Of a stretch of 64,000 nucleotides of DNA, positions 12,681 through 26,230 are shown piece after piece (position 1 is the stretch's first letter; the number at the start of each line of letters is the position of its first letter). Source of the stretch: Nitrospirales bacterium (GTDB lineage: Bacteria > Nitrospirota > Nitrospiria > Nitrospirales > UBA8639); NCBI GenBank assembly GCA_965203295.1, contig CBDBCZ010000012.1, forward strand, positions 544,001-608,000, in the 5' to 3' direction. The translations under genes were made by a program, and so were the position numbers. Under the pieces are notes generated by a model. It ran no database searches. It had not been told where the DNA came from and was given only the letters and a program-made list of their open reading frames with translations.

Positions 12681-12750
12681 GGCGGAAGTGCGATGTAGTT
12701 TACGTCATAACAATAGTTGGCCAATCATATGCAACCATCTGAAATTTAAA
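12681..12750 (+). promoter_or_regulatory. Cyclin B proximal promoter motifs: GGCGGAAGTG, CCAAT box (12721), CHR-like TTTAAA (12745-12750)
   Basis: Motifs lie 120-190 bp upstream of the cyclin ATG; CCAAT plus CHR is the established arrangement of animal G2/M genes; function here is inferred. Confidence 0.45.
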
Positions 12751-12866
12751 AAGCGGTCATCTGTTGACGAGATCGAGAACTTGACGCCTGCTCAATTTTA
12801 TAGACTGTTGTTTTGTTTTTTATTTCATTTGTTGGGGAGTGACAGTGTTCTTTGGATTTGTTGGCG

Positions 12867-15333
12867 ATGGCTCTCAGAACTATTCAGGTATCAATGGTTT
12901 CTTTCTTATTCCTTGAAGTAGTATTCTAACTTCTGACAACTTTGTACAGGCAAGAGGTGAAAATGGCACGAAGAGTCATGCTTTAGGAGGCAAGTCCTTT
13001 CTGCCGAGAGCAGATGTCAAGCCAAGAGCAGCGCTGGGGAGTATTGGAAACATTGTGGTGGACAGAAAGGCAGGCCCTGGAAAGGTTAGATTACTCTCTC
13101 TTACTTTTGTAGACCCCTTCCTCCCCCCTCCCCTCCCCACTACCTCTCTACACACTAATGGTTCCTCACTGTGATTAATCTCTGTTAGATATCGCAGGCC
13201 ATGAAGAAGAAACCACTGCCAGCTGTTTCAGAACCAGAAATGATGGAGGTTGGCCAGTTGGAAGACCCTGAAATCGACGACATAGATGCAGTAGATGCTG
13301 ACAACCCTCAGCTGTGTGCTGAGTATGTCAAGGATATCTACCAGTATATGCAGCAGCTTGAGGTGAACACACAAGTTTGTCAGTATAGGATAGACTACTC
13401 CCAAGAGTGGGTTATGCGCCTATGTAACCCACAAGTTTGTGGTTATCCCAAGGCAAAGCCGAAGGATAAATGCAAACAAGTGAGTTATAGCGCACAACAC
13501 ACCAGTAGGTGTGGTCTATCTGACTTATACCACATTGTGCATGCGTACAATCTGCGCTGCGTAGCAACGTAGCAAACTGTGTGTTATGAATCTATGTAAC
13601 CAATATTTTTTAGACAATAATATTGGTTACACAGGTTCACACCTCACACTTTATCTGTTCGCTATATTGATACGCAGTGTAGATTTTACGTATGCACAAA
13701 GCTGAAACTCTATACGTGTAGTAGTGAGACTAGTGACTCATATTTTCTTGTTATGTGCCAGAAAACTTCTTAAGTTGTTGGTGCAGCAATACCCCTGCAG
13801 CTATGTAAGACATAGAGGTCTTTGAAGCCTTGTTTCCAGTCTTTAACCCAGTTTTGGTGTTAGTGGTGCAAAAATAAGCAAACAAACTGTGAGGTGGAAC
13901 CTGGGAATGAGGATAAGGCCTTGATTGATGCAGTTAATTATCTCTGTGCTGTTCATTTTTATCCACACAGAGAAAGTACCATGTCAAGCCAGAGTATTTA
14001 CAGAGGCATCCACAAATCAATGCCAAAATGAGAGCCATCCTAGTGGACTGGCTGGTTCTAGTCCACCAGAAATTCACCTTGCTGCAAGAAACTTTGTTTC
14101 TCACCATCTCTATCATTGATCGATATCTTGAGCTTGAAGTAAGTTGGCTGTTGTGTAGGCATTATATGGAATAAGCATATGTAAAAGTGGGCAACCTGAC
14201 TTTGTATAAACAGATTTGTGTGGTTTAATGAACGTTGAAATACGTTTCCGGTTCACCAGAATGACTACGAGGTACAATTACAACCAGGGTTTCAATCCAG
14301 TGTAGGTAATTCTCCTCAGCAAATTTGCAGTAAGCAATTAGTTTTATTCTTTTCCTTCAGATTGAGAATGTGGATAAGTCCAGACTGCAGCTTGTGGGCG
14401 TCACAGCTATGCTGATTGCCAGCAAGTACGAGGAGATGTATGCTCCCGAAGTTCATGATTTTGTATACATCACTGACAACACCTACTCCAGTTTGGATAT
14501 TCGAGACCTGGAGAGACACATGCTGCGAAAAATGGAGTACAGTTTTGGCACACCCCTCTGCATTCACTTTCTCAGAAGATTCTCACGAGCTGGACAGGTA
14601 AATCTTGCCACTTGTTCTGTGAACACATACCAGAATTATGTAAAGGAATGTTGTTCATCATTGTTTAGGTGACACCTGAAATTCACACAATGGGGAAATT
14701 CCTAATGGAGTTGTGCTTGCCAGACTACAAGGCTCTTCAATTCTTGCCCTCACAACAAGCTGCTGCCGCACTGTATCTGGCAATGAAGGTGTACGATGCA
14801 GGAGACTGGGTATGTACCACTGTGTGTAATCTTGTCCCCTGACCCTTTACCCACCTGTAAAAAAAATGCGTGAAGAAATCTTCACTAGCAATTTTTTTTG
14901 CAAAAGGATTTGAGGGTCTGGGCACAAATAAAAATCTGTGAACCACTGATAGAAGTAGTCTTTCCCACATGTGGAAAGGGCCTTGGAATGGGGCTATAAT
15001 AGTAACTAGCTACAAAACTGCCTGATTTATGTCTGAAGTTAAGTAACCGAAATGTGTGAGCCTTAGAATTTGGGAAAGTACATGTACATATGTCTAATGG
15101 TATGCTGTAAATCTTTTCTTTTGCCACAGTCACTGACCCTGCAGCACTACAGTGGGTACTCAGAGGAAGACGTCCTACCTTGTATGCGCAAGATGGCCCA
15201 GTTATTGATGGAGACGCGCACATCAAAACAACAAGCTGTGATGAACAAGTACTCCTCTAGCAGGTTTTTCAAAGTCGCCAAAGTAGCAGGACGTCACGAC
15301 CAGATCAAACATCTTGCTTATCCATCTAAATAA
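12867..15333 (+). CDS. CCNB: G2/mitotic-specific cyclin B (B1/B2 type); exons 12867-12887, 12950-13084, 13189-13362, 13971-14138, 14361-14597, 14669-14809, 15130-15333 (~360 aa)
   Basis: D-box [25 protein letters not shown], cyclin box MRAILVDWL...[36 protein letters not shown]; all introns GT-AG and the frame is continuous. Confidence 0.97.
13383..13740 (+). mobile_element. Crypton-like hairpin element inside cyclin B intron 3
   Basis: Begins GTATAGGATAGACT with an imperfect long hairpin to ~13525, then CTTATACCAC, similar to the Crypton left end; right boundary uncertain. Confidence 0.4.
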
Positions 15334-16760
15334 ATCGCACTTCAAAACTGCATTAAGTACAGTTGCCTGTTGTATAATGTAATGTATTATTGCAACTTCA
15401 TGCAAAATCACTTTGGGCGGGAAAGGGTGGGGCTCGGTGTATCTGAACACGGGCAAATCAATGAATCCTGATCGAGAGCACGATACAACATGAAAGGTAT
15501 TCGTGTAGCTGGGGGCTCAAAAGTAAAGTGGCAATAATTTGTGGTCTTAAAATGATGCTAGTTGCTTAATCAATATAATATAATCTCCCAAAAGCGCCTA
15601 AATTAATTATAGCCCGAACTATGGTATTAGCAACAGCAGTGTTTATTACCAACCTAGTGTCATATCCAACTGTTCCAACTTTCTAGCTGGGACATCGACA
15701 GCTATATACAAGTCTTGTTACAACTACTCTATGTTCCAAAGGCACCTTAGCTAGAAGATCACTTTCCTGGGGTAGTTCCCTGCACCATCTACATGCTTAG
15801 TATGCTCTTTTGCTGTACTATTCCCCTTCCACGCCTGTTTCTCTTCATAAAATTCAACTTCCATGCTCTTTAGAACTGCTGATCAGGCAGTTACTGCTGT
15901 CCAAATTCTAGCAGCCGGCTCAGATAGGCCTGAAATCTCGGCACCCCACAAGCACATAGCTACGGGAAGCAGTGTTCTAGCCAGAGACAACTGCAAAGAG
16001 CACTGCTTTCTCAGAGATCAAAGCATAGCTGTGGTTTTAATTACATTCTTTCAACCACATCAAAAGAAAATTGTATACCTAAGAGCGGTGGAGCACCACT
16101 CTTCCACTCTTTAGCTAGAACACTGGGAATTAAGCCTATCCTTGATTCCAGGATTCACTCGGAATCACTCCCCAGCTTTTGTTTGCACATGATGTATGGG
16201 AATTAGGCTAGGGTGGCTTGGGAATCAAACCTACCTGATCTGTGATGAACCGCTTTGGCACGTACGTAAGTGCATGAGTAGGCCTTGATCAATGAAACCG
16301 ACCTGTGTGGCTGTGCTGTGCAGACCATCTGTTGATACACGTACCGCAATGCCATTGTTATGTACATCCTACAGTCTAGCTCTCATGCTAACACCACTGC
16401 AACACACACAGTAAAAAGTAGCTACCTGGCTATGGAGTTTTGACTTCACTCTACAGCATGTTGGCAGAGGTGAGATGAAGGAGAGGAGACTGGTGCCCTG
16501 GGAGCAAAGGAAAGAGCTACCATACCCTTTTGGAGAGGACCACAAGGCACAAGGAGGCCCTGCTCACAGGACTCACTAATCAAGTGAGCCTGTAAATTAG
16601 GTTGTGATACTGACTTTGAATCGCAGTCTAGTGGCCCCCTCTCTCCCTGCATAGTACCAGTATGCCAGTACTGGAGGCAAAAATGTGGCAGCTGTGGGAA
16701 GGAAGGAGATGCTGGGTCTAAATTGTTACATCTAACTGCAAATTTGAGCCCATAGGACAC

Positions 16761-16800
16761 TAGCCTCATACCCAGGCCACGTGGTCTGGGTATGAGGCTA
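16761..16800. mobile_element. Minimal 40-bp AcademH-type palindromic MITE
   Basis: TAGCCTCATACCCAGGCCACGTGGTCTGGGTATGAGGCTA; degenerate TSD ending GACAC. Confidence 0.65.
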
Positions 16801-16960
16801 CTGTGACACGACTACTGGCCTCGCTCTACTTTCCTGTGCTGAACAATTGTATGGGTATTACATGGATTTGAGAATAATTGCATGAGCAATAGGCAAGGTA
16901 ATTGCAACTGGAGAGTGGGTCTTGGGAACAGGGCTACTGCAAGAAACTCATAACAGGATT

Positions 16961-17308
16961 CAGGGGCGTAGGAACACTTCCGCGGGTGGTCCGACTCAGA
17001 AGGGTATGCCTGTGGAGTAGCTCAGTACACGCAGTGCGCAAAATGTTTTCTTTAAGCTTTTTAATGGGGTCAAGAATTGCTCTCATAGGGTCTTTGCGAG
17101 TCTTGGTAAATCGTGCATACAGAAGTAGGCTTATGGCCGCGTGGACCTCCAAGCCTCACAGGAAATCTAACGAAAAGTCACCGGCCTGGGGAACGAGGCT
17201 ACAGCTTGTGTATGTTCGATTGCGAGTTCGCCAAAAAAAAAAAAATTGCCAGCTTCAAAAAGTGGTCTGGCTAAATCCGGACCAGCCGGACCGCGTGCTA
17301 CACCTGTG
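16961..17308. mobile_element. hAT-like MITE (CAGGGGCG... family), degenerate
   Basis: Ends resemble those of the 21988-22956 element (GGTCCG / CCGGACC..CCGGACC subterminal motifs); no clear TSD. Confidence 0.5.
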
Positions 17309-19367
17309 ACTCATATTGCGAGGGGGAGAAATAACTTCCAGGTAAACTTGACGTGCAAAATTCTTTTCATGTACACTTGAGATCACGAAACACAAGTTCC
17401 TTGACAGTGGAATAGGATCCATTTCCTGTTATGATATCATATCAAGCACAGTCGCTAAGTGGTGGTCAGTACCTCCCCAGAGAGGGGTGGAGTATTAATC
17501 ACTCTCACCTTGCACCCCCTCCCCCTCCCTCCTACGCACACCCATACACACTCCACTGTATTATTACACGAATGAGAGATCTGAGCATAGGTAGTCCTGC
17601 TGTAGACCTATAGCACTGATAAGTCAGAGCCTTTGCAGGTAGCCTTGTACGCAGGGTTCCACCCACACCAAAAGAAAATAGGTAGGGCCTGAATATGTTA
17701 ACTTGCAGGTTAGCAGTTATGTCACTTCTGTTGTGTCATGCTGTATGTCCTTATTATTCAAGGATACTATATGGTGATTTTGTCCTTTTTATTCAGCACA
17801 ATGTATCAAAACGAATTGTCCTTTTTATTCAGAGAATACTGTTCTATTATTACTCAATGACCACTGGATGTCAAGGCTTGTGTGCAGTTACTCTCTCAGT
17901 ACTCTACTTGTCTTATGACTATCTATTTATTGAAGATTGACATTGGTCAATGTATAGTTTTTTTCATGCACTGTTGCAAATTGTGTTATTTACCTGCTCA
18001 TACGCCAGGGGTAAAATCTTCTAGAGATGTTGTTTTTTCTTCTTTTATGTATGATGTTGGGGTATCTGTTTGTGTGCATCATTTTCTTCTGGTATGTGTC
18101 TTTTTGTGAACTCTAATATATGTATCAGAAAACTCTTCACCTGAGCACAAGAGAGATGGAGACGCCTGGACTAGCACTTGTACCTAAACTCACACTTGAA
18201 CTCATATCCTTGCACAGATGAAAGTAAATTTAGCTGCACAGGTAATGATCAATCTGTAGCCAAAGCACTTTCTATTGTTGTAGGCTCTACAACATTTTTG
18301 CATGAGACAGTGAAAGGGGATAATTTATAGAGGCAGCTTTTAAGAGGTGTCGTCAGGAAATTGACTTAGAGGGCACTAATGAACCACTACTAAATTCATG
18401 TAAATAATCTAATAAGTCATTCAAAAGCATCAACTAGTTAATGTCACTAGGTATACATAGCTCTGCAGTCTGGATGTGTTCTTTTTGAAATAATGTAATA
18501 TACGTACATGCAGAGTCGACAAAAGCTACGAACACATACATGTAAAGTCTTCCGAGGCTATTTGTATTATAGTGCCTTTTTGTGTATTTGCTTACCGGAA
18601 AACTTCGTATACTCCGGTAGATCCTACGTACTATTACGACCGGCGCGTGCGCGCGGCGGTGGTGGCGCCGCCGCGCGGGTATGCGTTTCCAATCACAGAT
18701 CACGATCAGATCTATATCTACGTTCCAAGGTTGCAACTCCGGCTATTCATTGTGAACTCAAACTTCAGCAGGGAAGGTGAGTAGAAGTCCGCTTGAGGAC
18801 CTTTCTCGTTGTATTTACGCTTAGCTCACGGCCTTTTTGGTGCCCAGATATTTAATCACTCTGTATGATAGCCTCGTTTCCAGCCCTCCCGTTTTTAATG
18901 TTCACTTGCGCTATCCTTGCACGTCCAGGTATTAAAGACCGTCCCTTTGTCCGAAAAAGGCGCAGGCTGGGAACGCTGCTAGTAAGCTTATTAGTATTCG
19001 TGGATGTTGTTTGTATGCAAGAGTTTACTATATTTTCTGCAGTGTGCCCGTCAAATCGTTTACTGGTTTGCATATATATTATCACACAACTGTTTTTTTT
19101 TTGACAAGGCCCTTGCAAGCTTACATGTGATGCTCGCATAAAAACTGCCTCCTGATGTCGATACCGATTGCAGTTATGCACGGGCTGCGTTGCCCGCGGC
19201 TGTACTACGTGTGCATGAACGTCTGACAAGGTGGCTAGGAAGCCGACCCCGTGATCGAGTGATTGGTAGTGGACTGGCAGGTTAAGCCATAGAGTATATA
19301 GCTCCGTAATACAGAGCTGTTTTATATAAGCTTAATAGCTCAGTAAGAGATCAGACCAAGCTAACTG

Positions 19368-19481
19368 TAGTCTCGGTACCAGCCCACCTATCAAGTCGGA
19401 GATCGCTTACAGTATCCCGCCACGAAGAGTGGGATACTGTAAGCGATCTCCGACTTGATAGGTGGGCTGGTACCGAGACTA
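19368..19481. mobile_element. AcademH-type MITE (perfect ~51-bp hairpin)
   Basis: TAGTCTCGGTACC...GGTACCGAGACTA fold-back with TSD AGCTAACTG. Confidence 0.9.
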
Positions 19482-21987
19482 AGCTAACTGCATCTGTAGA
19501 ACTACCGTAGATCTGGAATATCTTGTGCTAAAACTTTCACGTGCAGTTTTGTTTGTAGTTATATTTTTGTTGTTTGGGCCATCCATGATACAGCACAAGC
19601 ATGAATACTACAGAGGTTTGCAAGTTGATTGTCCACAGGAGAAGTCAAATAGGCAGTGGCTGTCAAGTACTTAGGTTAGGCTGTCAGCATCAAAGGCTAA
19701 CAGTTTACAGTTATTACTGTCAACCAATTTGTGGCCTATTGCACTGGACAACCAACCTTCAAGTGTACAAATAGCATGAGAAAGCAAGGAGGATCGAGTA
19801 TACAAAAACTTCGTGTCAGTGAAGTGGTTCTGGGGCTGGGGCATGGCAGTATAAAGAAGGATGCAACAGCAGATTTGTCTCCATATAATATAGACAAATC
19901 TATATTATTTTCATGTGACTCCTAGGCCTTTTAGGCCTGGCATTCTTATTTATGTATGTGTGTCACGAAAATAAAATATTCATTCATTCATTCATATAGA
20001 CTTCTGCGAGAGCGATTGCCTGTGAAGGCATTGAGGACAACAGTGAGCTTCTCAGATCCAGAAGACTATATCTCCAGCTTCAGGTAGCTTGTCTCTGTCT
20101 ACAATTTTTTTTAACAGAAAATCCCCAATTTTTTGTGGGCTTGATATATGTGTAGGGCTTGCCCATACATACACTGATTCTGACTTTTGCTTAAATTAAT
20201 CTTCATGTACTTGAGGGCTCCCAGTCAGTAAAGGCCTTCACAGGTGTGGGAAAGTTGCTGTCTAGCTCCCCCCCCCTAATTGTGAGAACCCATCCCTAAT
20301 TAAGGATAGGTTCTCACAAGAATTTTCACATTAGGAATGGTTTCTCATAATTAGGGCTTTGGTTCTCATAATTAATTGTGAGAAACTATCCCTAGTTATG
20401 AGAACCCTTGTGAGAACCCATCCCTAGTTGGGAGAACCATTAGTTGCCCTTGCCTGTGGATTTCTAGTGGAAGAGCCTGAGCAAGTGCACACCACCTAAT
20501 TCTACATTGAAATCTACATGGATTTCTACATACACATAGCAGTTGAAAAAGTGCAAAAATGACTATGGGAGTACATGTACCATGAGAGACACTTTAATAT
20601 AAGTCTGACAATGCATTATTGGGGCCTGAGTGAGCCCCAAACTTAGTGACTTGTGCAATTGCAGTCAATCTGTCTGTCCATTTGGCACAATGTTCTATAT
20701 TTGCTACAATTTCTTTGGCCATGTGCACGTGCGTGTATTGCACTGAGCACGCATGAGTTAGCAGCAACTATACGAGGCTTCACTGACAGCGCCAACAGGA
20801 GAAGTACCGTCATGTTTCTGAGCCAGCAAAGTATCAAAATGTAAGCTTTGTTAGCAGACCAGCATAGTTTGCTAGCTAAATGGCATATCTGTAGCTACCA
20901 GACATAGGCAGTATGACCTGTCATCAATCTGTCCTAGGATATTGCCTCTTTTGTCACTAGCTTGCCATGAACTGTGCCCAGTGAGCTTGTCATAGCTATA
21001 AGAAAGGAAAGAGCTACCCAGTTCCTTGACTTCCATGCTTGTGAAAAGATCCATCGTGCTTAAAAGTGTACTGTGGTGCTTGCTGGCACTACAGTCTGAT
21101 GCTCCTGCTCTGCTACGAGAGGACGATGGACCTGTAGAACATACTGAGAGGAATGCACTGGGGAGTATTCTCCAAATTTGTGTTCCTCAAGTTACTCATA
21201 TAATAAGTCTACCACTGCACAGATTCTAAAGAATTTGTATACACACTTTTCCTCATTGTCATCACATTTTCTACTGCCCACACACTACATGGTTTTCTAC
21301 TGCCCACACACTACATGGTTTGCGAAGGCTTACCCCACTATGCCCTACATATAACTAGTATATTGCACTAGTCATGTACATGTTTTTGTGGTTTATACTC
21401 AGTGCTGCTTTCTGTGCCAATACTTTTTGCAGTGGTGTTGAGTCCCTTTTCTTTCATAGTCCTACAATGTGGTCTCTCCCAAGTATCATGTACTTATGTG
21501 TTGTGCTCAGAAAAGTTCAAGAATTACCACCTATTGCATTGTAGGTGTTTAAAGTGACTTGCTATCTGCTCCCTGTGGCACTCTTGGTCCTGTTGTAGCC
21601 TAGCCTCTGTCGCAGCTACAGCCTCAGTGGATTATCTCTCCTGCTGTAAAGTGCTCATTTGTTGTAGCCTGGCCTCTTTCTCTCTCGTTAACAGCCTCAT
21701 AAAGATTGAGTCTCTCCCTCATTCATTGCAGCCTGGCCTCTCTCACTTTCATCCTGCTGGAAAGAGCTCATCTGTTGCAGCCTGGCCTCTGAAAGTAAAT
21801 CTATATATAGGTTCATACCTGCATGACGTAATTTTTGTGTACGAAGATATTTTACTGAATACCCTACCTGCTTATTAATGAAGTGGTGTATATATAGGGG
21901 CAGTTATGTGGTCTTCAGAATTTCCTTAACTCATTGCACGTATGCGACAACAATTTCACACGTGAGATTAGCCTACGCTCATAATTA

Positions 21988-22956
21988 CAGGGCCGTAGCA
22001 AGCACTTTTTGAGTGGTCCGGCCAGGAAGTTCGTGATTCGCGAAATTGGTGGGCGTAAGTCCCCCTTCCTAGGGGGGTCTGGGGGCATGCCCCCCCAGGA
22101 AATTTTGAGATTTTTGGTGCTCTGAGGTGCATTCTGAGGCCTTCTCATTGCATATTATATTGTTAGTTTCAATGTTGAGTGGTGTCTGTTTTATTCCATA
22201 TTCACAGACTCTTTTCAGTGAAATATAATTGTAAATACTTTAATACTTAGCAAAAATACCAGAACGATGTTCTGAACCACTAACAAAATCATTTAAAACA
22301 GACTTCAAATCTAAATTATCAGTCCTTTCTTTATGAACATGCAGAATCATGAGGTGATTAAGTCTTTCTTGTGCCATGGTTGTTCTCAGGTAGTTTTTAA
22401 GGCGGCGTAGATCATAGAGTCAGTATGAATTGCCGCCGAGTGCCTTAGCACGCAACGCGAGGCAATTAATCTTGTAGTGCAGCAGTCGAATCTGAGTTTC
22501 GGCCCCGGGGGCAAGCACGAGCTCGAGATGGTCACGCATGTCCTAGGAAGGTACACGCCTAACACGGATTCTGACCTTGTACTGCTGGCGCATGAACGAT
22601 CAGATTTATTCAAGTCAAGGTTGTCTTACTGCAGCTCCAAGGTTTGAGTAGCCTCTGTTTCAGCAGAGACGTTACGGCCCGACGGTACCGCGGCAAATCG
22701 GCAAATCGAGTGCTATGAACAAAAGCAAAGCCCGTGACTCTGTATCAACATGCTGGGCCTTGGAAGTACGCTTCAGACAGAGACAACCGTCTACTGACAT
22801 GCTGAAAGCGTAGTCGCGTTGTCGTAGCAGCTTCCAAAGTGGGTGTGGTTTGTGATGCTCTCGATCTATTCTGCGCATGCGCAATTCTGAAAACTTACGG
22901 TCACGAAAACTGGTCCGGCCAAAACCGGACCGGCCGGACCGCTTGCTACGGCCATG
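21988..22956. mobile_element. hAT-like non-autonomous element with apparent 5-bp TSD
   Basis: TIR CAGGGCCGTAGCAAGC / GCTTGCTACGGCCATG, flanked by AATTA on both sides. Confidence 0.7.
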
Positions 22957-24319
22957 AATTAACAATTAAAGCGTACTAAGCGTATCAGTGTAGTGTTCAA
23001 CTATTTTTTCGCTAACCATGTCAAGCAAGTAACGGATTCTTTGCTGTTTTTCTTTAAAGACTATTATCAGCCACAGCTATTCAGCACAAAGAGAGCTGGG
23101 GTTTGGACCATCAAAGCCTTTTTAGTATCGATCACTGACTAACGATTAATTACCAAAACGGCAACGTTGAAAATGAAGTCTGAGCACTATAGTGACTAAG
23201 CAAGCCAGCCCAATCGACTCCATGACTCTCTCCAAAAGTGGAATTGTCGAAGCTACCACTGATAGTGACTGTAGTGTCGATTAACTGTGTAGCTATGTAG
23301 CTAGCCATAATCGGCGTTAACTGCCTGTCAATTCCGCCGTGCATGAGTCATTTCTGTCTAGTTTTGGTACGGTTGCATCACAGAGGTACAGTCACTGTAG
23401 CTGTAGGGAGGGGCTTCCCCTTAACTAAAGGCCGGTACACACGAGTGAGTCCACCAATATTGGCGCTTTGCGTAGCTTAGTTATACTATGTACGCCTATA
23501 TATAGGTGCGCCATGTGCAATGAGTTAGATAGTATGGTTCAAACACTCTCACTCTTCCAGAATACTAGCCAGTTTGCTCTTTATATTCCACAGCTTCGTG
23601 ATCTGAAAATACTGCAGCGGGGATTGCCTTCTGGGGAAGATGGAGCAGTGGAAGACAAATGCCAGGTGCGTTGCTTGTGTTATTCTTAGTCCATGTTCAC
23701 CTAGAGTGGTGTACAAATTGCACATTGGCTTTCAGGCCGTGCAAATTGCATCACTTGTATTTACCAGGCGCTGTGTTGTTAATGAGAATCAGCCACACTG
23801 CAGCAGTTGTATAACTTCAGTGAACACTTTTGCAGATGTTGTTAAACAGTTCTGCAGGTATAAATTATTTTGCAAAGCTGCGTTTAGAAATTTTGTCGAT
23901 TACTAGAAGCTGAAATCAGCAAATGTTTTTGCTTGTTCAAGCGAAAGTCCTTGCACTTTCTGCTATTTTCATGGTTTCCTCACATTTTGTTAGAACGCCC
24001 AACCAATATGATGCATAGTTTTCGGTAGGCGTGACTGATTAAAGAGCGATGCGTGGTCGCGTGTTCAGATTGTTTTCTTGCTTGTTCAAGCAAAATTCCT
24101 GCTGTTTCTGTACATTTTTTTTTTTAATAATGACCAACCATTATTACCTAAAGCATGCAGCTAGGGTTTAACCACATAGTCTTCATACAAGCGCTTGCGT
24201 AGATCTGGTAATTCGCCGCTCCTACTCCTAGAGCGGCGTAGGTGGCGCTGACTCAAGCTACTGCGGCCATCAGCACCATGATAGCAGCTGCATGCAAGAT
24301 TACCTTTGGCGCTAAACTG

Positions 24320-24406
24320 TAGCCTCGGCCCCAGGCTCTCATATGCATCCAGCTTTTCGTTGCTTGCAGTACAGAAAAGCTGGACGAGAGCCTAGGACCG
24401 AGGCTA
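24320..24406. mobile_element. AcademH-type MITE
   Basis: TAGCCTCGG...CCGAGGCTA with TSD GCTAAACTG. Confidence 0.85.
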
Positions 24407-24849
24407 GCTAAACTGTGCATCGTGAAGTTCATTGAGTGTTACATGCACACAAACAAGTAAACACATAAACACAACTCTCTTATACAACTCCAAAAACAAA
24501 CAACTCTCGAATACAACTCTATTTTGGTTTGTTTACTGGTTTGGCTGATTTGAAGTAGATTCTTCACTAGAAGAATCATCTTCTGAGGAATAAAAGTCCA
24601 TGTACTCCATGGGTATCCTTGAACTGAAAGTGACCATTGTAGTTGGCTGTGAAAGTGGGGGTGAAAAGACATTTAAATTTTGAATGCTTGCAGATTAGTT
24701 CCAGAAAGTTCTCTCTTTGCCAATAGTGTACTTGCTGAGGCAGTACATGTAGCTACAACACTGATAAGTAACTGATTGCTGTACATTTTGAAGGATGTAA
24801 ATATTGTGCTGAGACAAGCTGTTTTGGCTGTTGACAAAATTAATCTCTG

Positions 24850-26230
24850 GACCAGATAAGCACCACCCTTTAGAGGAACTGCAGCTGCCAGGTCTGCTGC
24901 TCAGGTAATCAGTTTAGTAGAGCAGAGCAGCTGCTACGTGTACTGGGCGTGGCTGCCCTAATGCCTGGCAGTAGTCAATGGCTCAGTGATTACATAATTA
25001 AATTTTGTGTAGTAGCAGTTTTTATATACCGCTGGAACTTAAGGATACGTGATTTCGGTTGTGTTCTGTGCTGGTTCAGGTGTAAATGGCATAGCATGAT
25101 AGGGATCACTCATCTGTGTCACTCACACAAAACTGCAAGAATGCTGTGATGTTTGATCCTTCCTAGTTTAGCTCATGTGGGGTCATGTAGAGTAAATGAA
25201 ACAAGGGTAAACGCAACAGCAACATAGGCGGCTGTTCGTAATGAATTATTCATCATTGCCACTATTATAATCTGACCAAACATCAATACGTGAATCCCGC
25301 AATAGCCAAAATCTGCTTTGCCTTTTTGCACTCTTGTGGTTTTTAATGGTTTAGTTGTATCTATGAAGAGAACAACCAGATGGATCTGGTATCTACTTCT
25401 ACTCCAGTATCACACTATTTCTTCTAACCTCCAAGAATTGCTCTATTACTGCATTATATCGTGCTTCTCCTGTTTCTGAGGGGCAGCTGATACACAACAT
25501 TTTCAACTGTTGTTATGAGAGTTCATACATGTCTGGTGGCACTTACACCTGGTAAATAGTGCAAGGCTTGCACATTCTGAGAAGCATCTGTGTGCAGTGC
25601 TAACATTTGAACACCCCACCTTTATGTGGAGTAGGCTAACCACTTCGGACTTACCTTGTGGTAAAGGGGCGGTGCTCATTGACCTATGCAATTAAGTAAT
25701 TAAGTACACGTTGTACACTAGCTTATCACTTCAAGGTTGAAAACAGCTTTTGCATCCACATACTCTTGATGTACATTCCATTCAACAATTGTGCACTTTC
25801 CTTCCAACTATCTTAGCTTTCTTAACCATTTCTTATGTCCACTTATCTGTGTCACTTGCAATAATCAAACTATTCTCAGACATTGCCATAATGGCATGGA
25901 AACATATTATAGCCAGCTTCTTTGTGCTTGTTCTTCCAATGTAGGTATACTCATTTTCTTTCCATTACTGTATCTTGCTGGACTTTGTAGTGTTTCACTA
26001 TCTACTACTAGGGCATTGTGGGGCGAGCGTGAGCGACCCCTCGTCTGTTGAAGCATGGTTAGGGCTTAGCGGTCTGTAAACTGATGGATTTCAGTACCTG
26101 AAAGCACTGAAAGTACAACATTCCTTAATGTGCTTTCAGTACAGGGTCTAATTGTTCCATTTGGAGAACTCAGAGCTGGATACTCTGCTTGAAACCAAGC
26201 CCAGGGGACATTAATGAATGATACTTGAGG
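24850..26230 (-). pseudogene. Decayed Academ-like transposase fragment, paralogous to 59980-64000
   Basis: Collinear similarity blocks with 59980-62900 (RSMSTAPLPQG vs RSMSTTPLPQD; CxCHQxCxNxHNN; GAAAGCACTGAAAGTACAACAT at ~26100 and ~62780). Confidence 0.55.

Noticed and set aside
18500..18800. CpG-rich stretch with overlapping short ORFs
   Set aside because: No motifs, splice structure or termini that I could support
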